From: an uncultured Verrucomicrobiae bacterium | Lineage (GTDB): Bacteria > Verrucomicrobiota > Verrucomicrobiia > Chthoniobacterales > UBA10450 | DNA: 64,000 nucleotides | Reading direction: 5' to 3' | Assembly: GCA_963801815.1 (NCBI GenBank) | Contig: CAWDGJ010000003.1 | Coordinates: 881,355 to 945,354, forward strand | Part shown: in pieces, positions 51,466 through 62,454 of the stretch | Numbering within the stretch: position 1 is the first letter of the stretch | Layout of the letters: the number at the start of each line of letters is the position of its first letter | Translations under genes and position numbers: made by a program | Notes under the pieces: model-generated | The model's input: only the letters and a program-made list of their open reading frames with translations | Told to the model about the DNA's origin: nothing | Database searches by the model: none

Positions 51466-52080
51466 TCAAGCTGTCAGCCGATCGATCGAATCAAGACAGA
51501 TCTGCGACCAGGTCTCGAGTGAGTCGCGACGCTTCAACAACTCGTCTTTACCGAGAAAAGCGATATTCGTGATCATCGCTTCGCGCTTTTCCACGTTCGG
51601 CTCGACCAGTTTGAAAATGTGAACAATGCCAAGATGAACTTGGCCGACCTCGTTGCTGTCGTCGTTTAACAGAGCGACAATGCAATCTTCGAATTTTGTT
51701 TTGATCGAAATCTCCTCGGCGACTTCCCGTTCGACTCCGGCACGATAAGCCGCTTCGTCGAGCGCAAACAACGATTCATCGCCTTCATTCATGTGGCCGC
51801 CGATTCCGATGGATCCTTTGGCGACCAGGCGTTGTTCTCCGGCCTTTTTCCCGCGAACATAATGCAGCACCTTGCCTCCGTGGGTGAGCAGGACGTAGGG
51901 AATGATTTGTTTGTGCGTTGGATCTTTCTCCGCCTTCGCGCGGGAGAGAAAAAAATTGTTCCCGCGCGACAAAATCGCCTTCAAATATTTTCCAGCGTCG
52001 AAATTCAATCCCTGGAAGCTGCCGAGCTCGTCGAGCAGGGAGCGTTTGATGACCAACACGTTTTCTTCCGGCGGATTCAT
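51466..52080 (-). CDS. NUDIX-family phosphoesterase
   Basis: KQIIPY, SIGIGGH, REVAEE, VGQVHLG, LETWS. Confidence 0.85.
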   Translation of the reverse strand: MNPPEENVLVIKRSLLDELGSFQGLNFDAGKYLKAILSRGNNFFLSRAKAEKDPTHKQIIPYVLLTHGGKVLHYVRGKKAGEQRLVAKGSIGIGGHMNEGDESLFALDEAAYRAGVEREVAEEISIKTKFEDCIVALLNDDSNEVGQVHLGIVHIFKLVEPNVEKREAMITNIAFLGKDELLKRRDSLETWSQICLDSIDRLTA

Positions 52081-52083
52081 AAA

Positions 52084-52144
52084 CTGTAGGGGAGGCTGCC
52101 AGCCTCCCGTTTTCTAATCGAGAAGCTAACAGCTTCCCCTATAG
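52084..52144. repeat. GTAG-type REP pair
   Basis: CTGTAGGGGAGGCTGCCAGCCTCCC...GAAGCTAACAGCTTCCCCTATAG; same family as 24581 and 57583. Confidence 0.82.
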
Positions 52145-52165
52145 AAATGTTGAACGGCCTTCGCA

Positions 52166-52765
52166 CTAGAATGAGTAACTCACGCCAAGCTGCGGACCGA
52201 TCAGATTCAAGCTCGGGTTCGGATCGGTTTGTCCGCCATTCGATAAATGTTGGTATTGTGCGCCGGCGTCGATCTTCCAGTGACTGTCGATTTGGTAGGA
52301 GAACCCAATCGCAGTCAAAATGTTGAACGTGAAATTTTGACCCTGCGATCCACGCATGTCCGGACTGCTGTCGATCCAACCCAAACCGAGTCCGCCGGAA
52401 AAGTAGGGCACGATGCGCCAGTTTGGCCGGACAAAATTGTAACGGCCGCCGAAGTTTATGCCGAAATAATGGTTCTCGATGCCACGCACGATTGGCTCTG
52501 CCATCAGAGTCAGGCAAAACTGATTGTAGCCGCGCGCCCAATTGTCGCTGTTGTTCACGCCCCAACGAATGCGCCCGCTGAGAAATTGCGGTGCGATCTC
52601 GTAGTTGTCCGGGTTTCCGAAGACACCGAGCAGGTAGGCGGATTGAAACGCCACCTCGAACCTCGGCGGATCCAGAGTCTCACTTGGCGTGAGTTCTCCG
52701 CCGCCGGCAAAGAGCGGTTGAGCAAGAAACGCCAGCCCTAAAATTACCGCGCCGAGAAGTTTCAT
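52166..52765 (-). CDS. Acyloxyacyl hydrolase / PagL-like outer-membrane lipid A deacylase
   Basis: Signal peptide, beta-barrel pattern, YQHLSNGG...NPSLN motif, terminal Phe. Confidence 0.85.
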   Translation of the reverse strand: MKLLGAVILGLAFLAQPLFAGGGELTPSETLDPPRFEVAFQSAYLLGVFGNPDNYEIAPQFLSGRIRWGVNNSDNWARGYNQFCLTLMAEPIVRGIENHYFGINFGGRYNFVRPNWRIVPYFSGGLGLGWIDSSPDMRGSQGQNFTFNILTAIGFSYQIDSHWKIDAGAQYQHLSNGGQTDPNPSLNLIGPQLGVSYSF

Positions 52766-52807
52766 GTCGCGCAACCATAGAGACGCGGAAACGATTTTCA
52801 ATCGCGG

Positions 52808-54265
52808 TCATTCGATTGAAGGAGTTGCGGGCAATCGTTTTCCAAAAATGTCGCGTAACACGGCGCGGGCTGCGTGATAGCCGCACATTCCGTGAACACC
52901 GCCGCCAGGCGGAGTCGATGAGGAACATAAGTAAACACCGCGCATCGGCGTTCGATAGGGAGTCGGGCTGAGAACGGGCCTGGCAGCGAGTTGCCAAAGG
53001 TTCGCCGCTCCGCCGTTGATGTCGCCGCCGGCGAGGTTCGGATTCGATCTTTCCAAATCCGGAGCGCCCAGTTTGTGGCGGGCGAGAATGCAATCGCGAA
53101 ATCCGGGCGCGAACCGCTCGATTTGATTTTCAATCGCGTCGGACATGTCGATGTTGCAGCCGAACGGCACGTGGCAATAAGCCCAGAGCGTCTGTTGTCC
53201 GCGCGGTGCCCGGGTTTCGTCGAACATGCTTTGTTGGGCGACGAGAACGAATGGGCGTTCCGGAACTTTCCCGTGCGCGATTTCGCGCTCGGCTTTCGCA
53301 ATCTCATCAAGCGTGCCGCCAAGATGAATCGTTCCGGCGCGCCGACACGCTTCCGCTTTCCACGGGATGGGCGATGACAGCGCGTAGTCGATTTTAAAGA
53401 CTCCAGGCCCGTGACGGAAATTGGCAAGCCGTCGACGATAATTCGATGGCAAGCGATCGCCGGCGATGCGCGCGAATTGCCACACAGTCGTGTCGAAGAG
53501 CGTAACTTGCGACCTTGGCAATTGATCCATGGCATCGACACGCCGGTTGGTTTCGATCTTGCCGCCAAGTTCGCGAAAATACTTCGCCAACGCGTTCGAG
53601 ATTGATTGCGAACCGCCGCGCGGAATCGGCCAGCCGACAGCGTGACCGGCCGTACCTAAAACAAATCCGAACGCGGACGAGATTAACGATTCCAAAGGCA
53701 GGAAGGAATGTGCTGCGATTCCGGCGAACAACGCACGCGTTGTCTCTTCGCGAAAAAATGTCCTCGCAAACCAGTTCGCGGGCCAAAGTGCAGCGAGGCC
53801 GAATTGGGCCAACGCGAGCGGGTGTTTCGGCCAATGCAGCATCGGCTGCAGGAATTCGGCCGCCAGTGTTTCCCAATTGCGGACAAACGGTTTAAAAATA
53901 CGACGGTAGTTGCTCGCATCCTTGCCTAACGAATTGGCCGTTACATTGATATCGCGATGCAAGCAGGCAGCGCTCCCATTATCCAGCGGATGGGCGAGAG
54001 GAATATCCGGCTGAATCCAACTTAGTCCGAATTTCTCCAGCGACAGAGTCTTGAAAAACGGAGAGCCGGCGGCGAGGGGATGCACAGCCGAGCAAACATC
54101 GTGCACGAAACCCGGCAATGTGAGCTCGTCCGAACGCGCGCCACCGCCAATGGTCGAGTTTGCCTCCAAGACGCAAACCGAAAATCCTGCGCGCGCCAGC
54201 GTGATCGCCGCAGCCAGGCCGTTTGGCCCGGAACCTACGACGATCGCGTCATATTCACTTGTCAT
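52808..54265 (-). CDS. Phytoene dehydrogenase-like FAD oxidoreductase
   Basis: GSGPNGL, HDVCSAVHP, STPPGGGVHGMCG. Confidence 0.9.
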   Translation of the reverse strand: MTSEYDAIVVGSGPNGLAAAITLARAGFSVCVLEANSTIGGGARSDELTLPGFVHDVCSAVHPLAAGSPFFKTLSLEKFGLSWIQPDIPLAHPLDNGSAACLHRDINVTANSLGKDASNYRRIFKPFVRNWETLAAEFLQPMLHWPKHPLALAQFGLAALWPANWFARTFFREETTRALFAGIAAHSFLPLESLISSAFGFVLGTAGHAVGWPIPRGGSQSISNALAKYFRELGGKIETNRRVDAMDQLPRSQVTLFDTTVWQFARIAGDRLPSNYRRRLANFRHGPGVFKIDYALSSPIPWKAEACRRAGTIHLGGTLDEIAKAEREIAHGKVPERPFVLVAQQSMFDETRAPRGQQTLWAYCHVPFGCNIDMSDAIENQIERFAPGFRDCILARHKLGAPDLERSNPNLAGGDINGGAANLWQLAARPVLSPTPYRTPMRGVYLCSSSTPPGGGVHGMCGYHAARAVLRDIFGKRLPATPSIE

Positions 54266-54338
54266 CGGACAGCGCCCTCGAAACGGCGTCTATGTAACTT
54301 GAACAGAGCGCTCGCTTTGTCGTCAAACTAATCGCGCG

Positions 54339-55403
54339 ATGAAACGTTTCCTGACAGTTCTGCTGTTGTTGGCCTTGTGTCATCGCGCGATGGCGACCGA
54401 TCCAGTGGCCGATGCCACCGCGAAATTTCTCGGCGGGTTGCCGGTGCGCGGTACGGCGTTGGAAAATCGAAGCCTCGATCCGGAGTGGGCTACTCATGCC
54501 GCCGAGCTGGATCGGGCATGGAATCGTCTCGAACAAGAGCAGCTTCTAAAGATTCGAACGTGGGCGCCGCAATTTCTTGGCGACTTTTACAATGACAAAG
54601 GTCCGTTGTTTTACATGTTCAGTGGTCCGGATTTTCTTTACGCCAACGCGTTCTTTCCGAGCGCGCAAACTTACGTTTTGTGCGGCAAGGAGCCGGTTGG
54701 TCCCATCCCAAACATCAACACCATCCCGCAGAACGCATTGCCAGCAGCTTTGGGAAACCTGCGAAAATCGCTCGATTCCGTTTTGAGTTGGAGTTTTTTC
54801 ATTTCGAAACAATTGAGGACCGATATCGCTCAAACACAATTGAGCGGCACCCTGCCGGTGCTGTACATTTTTCTGGCCCGCGCCGGCGCCACGATTGAAT
54901 CGGTCTCGTTGATTTCGGTCGATAACACGGGCAACATCGTGGATAACGGAAAAACACCGGCCGTTAAGATTGTTTTCGCAAAACCGAACGGCGTAGAGCA
55001 AACGCTTTACTATTTTACGACCGACGTTTCGGACGACGGAATCAAGTCCGCGCCAGGTTTCATGAAGTTTTGCGAGAAACAAGCGCCCGGTCTTAGCTTG
55101 CTCAAGGCATCGTCGTATCTGATGCACGAAGGCGGATTCGCCAAGGTGCGGGAGTTTCTTCTCGGGGAAAGCAAAGTGATCGTCCAAGACGACTCGGGTA
55201 TCCCGCTGAGATATTTTGACGACAGCAAATGGAATGTTCGCTACTGCGGCAATTACCTGGGGCCAATTCCCACTTTCAAGCAATACTGGCAGCCTGATCT
55301 GGCGAAAAACTACGCGGCCACAATGCCGGCGTCACTTGGATTTGGTTTCGGTTACGAATGGCGGCCAGACCGCTCGTCGCTGATCATTGCGACTCGAAAG
55401 TGA
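54339..55403 (+). CDS. Hypothetical secreted protein
   Basis: 354-aa ORF with signal peptide and motif-like FYMFSGPDF, KASSYLMH, QDDSGIP, FGFGY. Confidence 0.75.
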   Translation: MKRFLTVLLLLALCHRAMATDPVADATAKFLGGLPVRGTALENRSLDPEWATHAAELDRAWNRLEQEQLLKIRTWAPQFLGDFYNDKGPLFYMFSGPDFLYANAFFPSAQTYVLCGKEPVGPIPNINTIPQNALPAALGNLRKSLDSVLSWSFFISKQLRTDIAQTQLSGTLPVLYIFLARAGATIESVSLISVDNTGNIVDNGKTPAVKIVFAKPNGVEQTLYYFTTDVSDDGIKSAPGFMKFCEKQAPGLSLLKASSYLMHEGGFAKVREFLLGESKVIVQDDSGIPLRYFDDSKWNVRYCGNYLGPIPTFKQYWQPDLAKNYAATMPASLGFGFGYEWRPDRSSLIIATRK

Positions 55404-55404
55404 C

Positions 55405-58215
55405 TCAGTCCGGCGGACGAAATCCGTACTCGGCCTGCAGTTTTTCAAATAGCCATTTAGCCAACGGCTCATCACGAGTCGGAATCGTGCCCGCGATCGA
55501 TTCCGCTTTTGTGACGTCGTGGTTCAAACAGCAAAGATAAGTCAGCAACAAAAGATCATCCCGGTTGGTCGCGCCAGCGTTGCGTTTTTCGTCCAGCAAT
55601 TGAATGGCGCCGCTGTAGTTTCGACCGGCGAGAGAAGCCGCGACCAAATCCGGCAATGTTTCCGCCGGCGTCGGCCTCCGACTATCGGCAACTTTTTCGG
55701 CGAGCCCGATTCGGAACGAATTCGTATTTAACGATTCCAGGACGGGCTCACGCAAATTCGACCCACGCAGATGAACATCCAGATCGGCTAGCCAGTTTCT
55801 GCTCTCTAAACGCGCCCGGTAACGCATCTCGCGAATTATGAAAAAGGGCTCCAGTTGCCCCCTTGTTGCGTCGGGCCAGATTTGTTGGATCAAATGCGAC
55901 GCGCGAAAACGGGCGGCCGCCGATGAGGAGTGGATGTAATTAAGCGCGAAGTCGTGGATCAATGGATCAGCTTGCGTGTTATCGCCGAGCCTTCGTGGAA
56001 ATAAATCAGTTAACGGCTTTGCGTCGCTGGTGATCCGATCGATCTCGTCGCCATCCATCAAAAACATCGTCTCGAGCTCTTCCGGCGTTTCGATTCCGAT
56101 TCGTGCCAGATCGGATTTCGTGCTGGAGTCGCGCCAGAGTCTTTGAAGCTGCTCGTTGTCGATCCTTTCCGGTGCACCTTTGATTCCCATCATGATCCAT
56201 TCCTCATCCGGACCGGACCAGATCAGCGTGTTTGGAAATGTATTACGGAACGCGCGCAGGATGGATTTTGTTTCGTCAACAGTGAGCTGGTAAATCGGTA
56301 ACCAGAACGTGGCGATTCCGCCGTCATTTAATCGATCGTTCATCGACCGGAAAAATTGTTCGGTGTAGAGGTTTACCGCGCCCGCAACCTTCGGCGGCGG
56401 CGGTTCACCGGTAATAATGTCGTAATGCTTCGGGCTCGCTTGCAGGAAGAACCGCCCATCCTGGACGATTGCATTGACGCGCGGATTGCGCAGCGGATTT
56501 GAATAACCCGCGTCGCGATAATCGTCTGCCAGGGTGAACACTTCCCTGGAAATGTCGACAATGTCGATGTGTTGAAGATCGACATCATGTGTGAGTGCAT
56601 CGGCCGTGACGCCGCACCCATAAGCGATGAGCAACGCGTCGCGCGCCTGAGGATGCAGCGCCATTGGTAAATACGCGAACGATCGCATGTAACGCTGATT
56701 AACGGGATTCGTGGCCGACATCGAGAATCCATTCGTAACCAGTCGATAGTAGTAGGGGAGACCAAACAAATCGCGCCGCAGCAATTGCCAGGTGTCGGAA
56801 GTTCCTTCGATCTTTTTGACTAGCTGCTGGCCTTCGTCCTCGTACAACTTCCGCGCGTTCGCGAAGTGCAGTTCGTCACGATGAAATGGAAACGTCGCGA
56901 CCATTAAAAGGAATACGCCGATCAACACGACCAGGACCAGACGAGACCAGCCCGAAGCCCAAAAAGTTCGATTGGCAACAAACAGCGCAAGGATGCCGTA
57001 TCCGACTGCGCAGAAGACGATGCTCGTTTGAAATCCGATCTTCGGCAGCAAAATGAATCCGGCGACGATGGGTCCAATCGCTGCGCCGGCAGTGTTGAAC
57101 AAAGTGACGATACCGAGACTGTTCATCCGGTTCTGCACCGTCTCCTGGACCGCGGACGCGATAGTTGGAAACAAGACGCCCGAGATCAGCGATACGGGAA
57201 ACATCAGCGCGACCGCAAGAAGCGTGATCGTTTGCCACGCTTCGAAATAAAAGTTCGCTTCGCCGGGCTTGAGTTTCGGGACGGGAAAGAATTCGTAACA
57301 TACCAGCGTCGCGATGGCGGCGAGTAAAAATAAAATCGACAATGCGTTTCGTGAGACGCGCGAAATAATTCCGGAGAGAGCGCCGCCGATTCCGATTCCG
57401 GCGAGAACAACGGCGAGCATCAAGCAGAACGCGCTGGCCGACGACGCAATATAAAGCCGCAAAAAACGAAACCAAACGACTTCCAAACACAACAACAAGA
57501 AACCCGCGCCGAAACTGATGAAAAGCAGCTTCCACGGTGGCCGATAATTAAACTCCAGCCGCAACCGTCGGACTGCGGTTCCTGTAGGGGAAGCTGTCAG
57601 CTTCCCGTCTGATCTCGCGATTACGAAGGCTATCGCTGCCGCGACGCAATTCAGTGCGCCCGCAACCAAACTTGTTCCCCAAAGGCCGAAGACTTTGACG
57701 AGCAAAAGTTCACCGATCAATGCGCCGGCGACTGCCCCCATTGTATTGAAACCGTAAAGCAAACCAACCGCGCGAGTGAATTGCGCCTTTACCAGAACCT
57801 GATCTTCCAGAACGACCGGAAGCGTGAGTCCCATCGCGGTGGTCGGAATCAATAGAATCACGAACGAAATCAGCACGCGCAGCGCGAGAAGAATTGTTTG
57901 GTGCGACCAGAGCGCTTGGAAAATCGGACGGAGCAGCTCGCCGATGACCGGCAACGCGAAAACGATCGTGCAACCGAATACCGCAACGGCGATTTCGAGC
58001 CCGGCGTAAAGTTTGAGCGGACGACTTCGAACCTTCGCGGAGGCCGCGATCGCAGTCCCGAGCGCGAGACCAGCCATGAAACTGGAAAGAATCAGCGCCG
58101 CGGCCCAGATCGAATTTCCGAAAGCTAGTCCACTCAATCGCAGCCAGAGTGTTTCAAAAATGAGCGCGCTGATTCCGGAAAGAAAAAGAACAACCGAAAG
58201 AATCGCCAATCGCAT
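55405..58215 (-). CDS. Fused membrane domain / spermidine-synthase-like SAM-fold protein
   Basis: About 13 TM helices (SGISALIFE, LYGFNTMG), then GCGVT, VDIS, DGRFFL, YDIITGEPPP. Confidence 0.88.
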   Translation of the reverse strand: MRLAILSVVLFLSGISALIFETLWLRLSGLAFGNSIWAAALILSSFMAGLALGTAIAASAKVRSRPLKLYAGLEIAVAVFGCTIVFALPVIGELLRPIFQALWSHQTILLALRVLISFVILLIPTTAMGLTLPVVLEDQVLVKAQFTRAVGLLYGFNTMGAVAGALIGELLLVKVFGLWGTSLVAGALNCVAAAIAFVIARSDGKLTASPTGTAVRRLRLEFNYRPPWKLLFISFGAGFLLLCLEVVWFRFLRLYIASSASAFCLMLAVVLAGIGIGGALSGIISRVSRNALSILFLLAAIATLVCYEFFPVPKLKPGEANFYFEAWQTITLLAVALMFPVSLISGVLFPTIASAVQETVQNRMNSLGIVTLFNTAGAAIGPIVAGFILLPKIGFQTSIVFCAVGYGILALFVANRTFWASGWSRLVLVVLIGVFLLMVATFPFHRDELHFANARKLYEDEGQQLVKKIEGTSDTWQLLRRDLFGLPYYYRLVTNGFSMSATNPVNQRYMRSFAYLPMALHPQARDALLIAYGCGVTADALTHDVDLQHIDIVDISREVFTLADDYRDAGYSNPLRNPRVNAIVQDGRFFLQASPKHYDIITGEPPPPKVAGAVNLYTEQFFRSMNDRLNDGGIATFWLPIYQLTVDETKSILRAFRNTFPNTLIWSGPDEEWIMMGIKGAPERIDNEQLQRLWRDSSTKSDLARIGIETPEELETMFLMDGDEIDRITSDAKPLTDLFPRRLGDNTQADPLIHDFALNYIHSSSAAARFRASHLIQQIWPDATRGQLEPFFIIREMRYRARLESRNWLADLDVHLRGSNLREPVLESLNTNSFRIGLAEKVADSRRPTPAETLPDLVAASLAGRNYSGAIQLLDEKRNAGATNRDDLLLLTYLCCLNHDVTKAESIAGTIPTRDEPLAKWLFEKLQAEYGFRPPD
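57583..57607. repeat. Single GTAG-type REP inside the CDS
   Basis: TGTAGGGGAAGCTGTCAGCTTCCCG. Confidence 0.75.
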
Positions 58216-58222
58216 CTACGGG

Positions 58223-58278
58223 AGTGACGCGTGACGAGTGACGCGTGACAAGTTCAAACTGAAGGCCCACGTGTCACT
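58223..58278. repeat. Heptamer tandem array (xGTGACG) with a short inverted arm
   Basis: AGTGACG CGTGACG AGTGACG CGTGACA ... CACGTGTCACT. Confidence 0.7.
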
Positions 58279-58287
58279 TCATTGGTT

Positions 58288-58944
58288 TTACTCTTTTGTC
58301 CAATCAACTTTTCCCGTATCGAGATCGTACACGGCGGACATGATCTTAACATCTTTTGCAAGATCACCGAGATTCGCGTCGCTGCGAATTTTCGCCGCCA
58401 TCAACCGCGCGTTTTCGGCAATCGCCAAGTCTGTCGCATCGCCTGGCTTGCCTTTGGTGGCTTGGACGGCCGGTTGAATGTCGCTCACTATTGACTGCAC
58501 ATGACCCGGCGCGGTATCGCCGGCCAATGCGGCGCTCACCGCGCCGCACCGTTGGTGGCCAAGAACAACGACCAGCCGCGCACCGAGATGTTCAATCGCG
58601 TATTCGATGCTCCCAAGAACGTGATCATCGACCAGGTTGCCAGCGTTCCGGACTACAAAAAGATCGCCGATGTTTTGATCGAAAATGATTTCAGGAGCAG
58701 TCCGAGAATCGGCGCAGCCGAGGACAACAGCGAATGGATGCTGAGATTGCGCCGTCTCCGCACGGCGGGCGGCCGTCGGCTTGCCTGCCGAAACTTTGCT
58801 GCCAACAAAACGCGCATTTCCTTCCTTAAGTTTCGCCAGTGCGGCATCCGCGCTCACAGAAGCGACTGGATGATCTGCGGCAAAAACAATCGCAACGATG
58901 CTAAACAAACTAACGAACGCGATCAGTTTGGATGTAGTCTTCAT
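58288..58944 (-). CDS. Beta-class carbonic anhydrase with signal peptide
   Basis: GCADSR, RNAGN, GSIEYA, GHQRCGAV zinc ligands. Confidence 0.95.
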   Translation of the reverse strand: MKTTSKLIAFVSLFSIVAIVFAADHPVASVSADAALAKLKEGNARFVGSKVSAGKPTAARRAETAQSQHPFAVVLGCADSRTAPEIIFDQNIGDLFVVRNAGNLVDDHVLGSIEYAIEHLGARLVVVLGHQRCGAVSAALAGDTAPGHVQSIVSDIQPAVQATKGKPGDATDLAIAENARLMAAKIRSDANLGDLAKDVKIMSAVYDLDTGKVDWTKE

Positions 58945-59041
58945 CTTGACTGCGATTATTGCGCGGTGAAGCCATTGAACGCGAGCAAGATCTAACACTG
59001 GCAGAGCGTTTCAAAAATCAGCGTTTGCCGCTGAAACCTGC

Positions 59042-60384
<1,343 letters not shown>

Positions 60385-60391
60385 GTCGACC

Positions 60392-60781
60392 TTATTGCGT
60401 GCTATCGCTGAGCATATAGATAATCAGTGCAACAGAGATCACTGTAACAGAGAGGGCAAGAAACCAAACAAGCAGGCGATCAGTTTTGACCACACCCGCC
60501 TCGATTTGCCGGTTGACTGCGTCGTAGTGCCATGCCGCGAGAGCGGTTAGGAGCGCCCCGAATCCCATTAGTCCGATGCCCAATGGCGAAACACTGTGGG
60601 CGAGTCGCGGCACCTTCATTCCACTCTCGCGCAACCATAGCCCGAGCCGCGCGATGACAAATCCCAGACTGACAAGCGCGATGGTGGTCCGGACCCAGGC
60701 GAGAAATGTCCGTTCATTGGCGAGATGTTCTTGGGCGCGATGTTCGGCTGGAATTTCGCGGTGTCGTTGCCGTTCGGCCAT
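60392..60781 (-). CDS. DUF202 (YidH) membrane protein
   Basis: [14 protein letters not shown]; three TM helices. Confidence 0.92.
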   Translation of the reverse strand: MAERQRHREIPAEHRAQEHLANERTFLAWVRTTIALVSLGFVIARLGLWLRESGMKVPRLAHSVSPLGIGLMGFGALLTALAAWHYDAVNRQIEAGVVKTDRLLVWFLALSVTVISVALIIYMLSDSTQ

Positions 60782-60811
60782 ATGCCGATCTTATCGATCG
60801 CCTGGATGCTG

Positions 60812-61537
60812 TTAAATCCAAATCTCTTGAACTAGCTCCGGCAAAATTTCTCCGGCCTTGCCTGGAAACGAATAGTCGGCGAGGGGAGTCAGTGGCGTCG
60901 GATCTTTGTTAATCTCGACCACCATCGCGCCGTGGTTTTTCGCGCGTCGCCATAAATCGGCTGCAGGATAAACCAAGCTAGAGGTGCCGATCGAAAAGAA
61001 GACGTCGCACTTCTCAGCTGCGTCGATCGCTGTTTTGATCGCCACCGGTGGCAACATTTCGTCAAACCACACCACCGCGGGCCGCAAATTGCCGCCGCAA
61101 GACCGGCATCGACCATTTTCGATGTCGAAGTAGTCGCTTGCACAATCGTTCTCGAAGCAGCGGAAGCGATGAATGTTTCCGTGCAACTCGACGATTTGTT
61201 GGCTGCCGGCCCGCGCGTGAAGGCCGTCTACGTTTTGAGTAACGAGCACGAAATTGGGCGAGCGTTTCTCCATTTCGGCCAAAGCCAGATGTCCGGCGTT
61301 CGGTTGCGCAGACAAAGCCTGCTCCCGTCGCCATGAGTACCAGTCTGAGACCAACTTTGGATTTCGTTGAAACGCTTCGGCAGTCGCGAGCTCTTCCGGT
61401 TTGAATTTGCTCCATAGCCCGGTTTGCGCGTCCCGAAAAGTCGCAAGCCCGCTTTCCTTCGAAATCCCAGCGCCGGTTAGCGCAACGATTTTTGCGGCGT
61501 TGCGCACCGATTCGACCAGAGACGGAGGAAAATTCAT
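60812..61537 (-). CDS. cobB: NAD-dependent protein deacylase (sirtuin)
   Basis: GAGISKESG, TQNVDGLH, HG, CxxxxC...CxxC, LRPAVVWF, GTS. Confidence 0.93.
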   Translation of the reverse strand: MNFPPSLVESVRNAAKIVALTGAGISKESGLATFRDAQTGLWSKFKPEELATAEAFQRNPKLVSDWYSWRREQALSAQPNAGHLALAEMEKRSPNFVLVTQNVDGLHARAGSQQIVELHGNIHRFRCFENDCASDYFDIENGRCRSCGGNLRPAVVWFDEMLPPVAIKTAIDAAEKCDVFFSIGTSSLVYPAADLWRRAKNHGAMVVEINKDPTPLTPLADYSFPGKAGEILPELVQEIWI

Positions 61538-61972
61538 CGCGCAGTGGCTCCAGAGTAGGATTCGGCGCTTCCTTCTCCGTTATTTGACGCGAACTAATCG
61601 CGTTTACCTGGCTAATCAAGCGAACTTGGCGACTATTCGCGTGGACTCTTTCATTGCTTCTTGCTGGCGATTTTGCTGGCAGCGGAACTGTGGCGCGTCG
61701 AATTCTGTACTTCCGCACAGAATTCTTGTAAGGCGAACTGCTCTAAATTGTGGTTCGTTTCGGTTCATTACCTCGAGCGATCCTGAGATTTCATGGTGGT
61801 ATTTACCCCCGTCATGCGATAGTGTCCGTGTGCGATCGATTAAAAGAGCCCTCTGGCAAGTTTACTTTAGGCTCTGGATGCCACGGTTCGGTTGCGCATT
61901 AGACTTGAACCGGGGTGGGGCCGGGAATTTCGAATCACTGGCAGCACTTCGCCTATCCTGGACTCGCGAATC

Positions 61973-62275
61973 ATGATGACGCTCGATTCATACATAGTCG
62001 ACGACGCAGGAAATGTCGCGATTTCCTCTGACGGACTTGCCTTATTGGCGCGTATCCAGGCCCTTATCATCCCGATTTTCGTCAGCGCCGAGCAAGCCGT
62101 CGAATGGGGTTCCCGTCTTAATCCCGAGCAACATGCGACGCTCGTGGACATTCAACGCACAGCGAGCAACGCCGCGCTTGGCGAGCGCAACCTCCAACGC
62201 ATGGTCAATCTTGCGACACAGTCGCAGCTAATGCGCGAAGCAGCTCCCTCGCAGCCACCGGCTTCCGAAACGTGA
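61973..62275 (+). CDS. Hypothetical protein
   Basis: About 100 aa from ATG 61973; no recognisable motif. Confidence 0.45.
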   Translation: MMTLDSYIVDDAGNVAISSDGLALLARIQALIIPIFVSAEQAVEWGSRLNPEQHATLVDIQRTASNAALGERNLQRMVNLATQSQLMREAAPSQPPASET

Positions 62276-62454
62276 GCGCTCGCCGGGAGATGATCGCGAC
62301 ACCCAATACTTCGAGTAAGGAAGACTTGGCGCAGATGACGGCGAACAGATGTCAAAACCGTGTGAGCTCTGAGGAATTTCTGTATTACACTTATCTCCTT
62401 TCTTTCTTTAGCACGTCGTAAGGATCCGGCAGTGCCGGCGCTATCTCGTGACCA

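Noticed and set aside
61540..61960. AT-richer intergenic stretch with hairpin GAATTCTGT/ACAGAATTC and weak ORFs
   Set aside because: No coding or RNA family signal that I can support.
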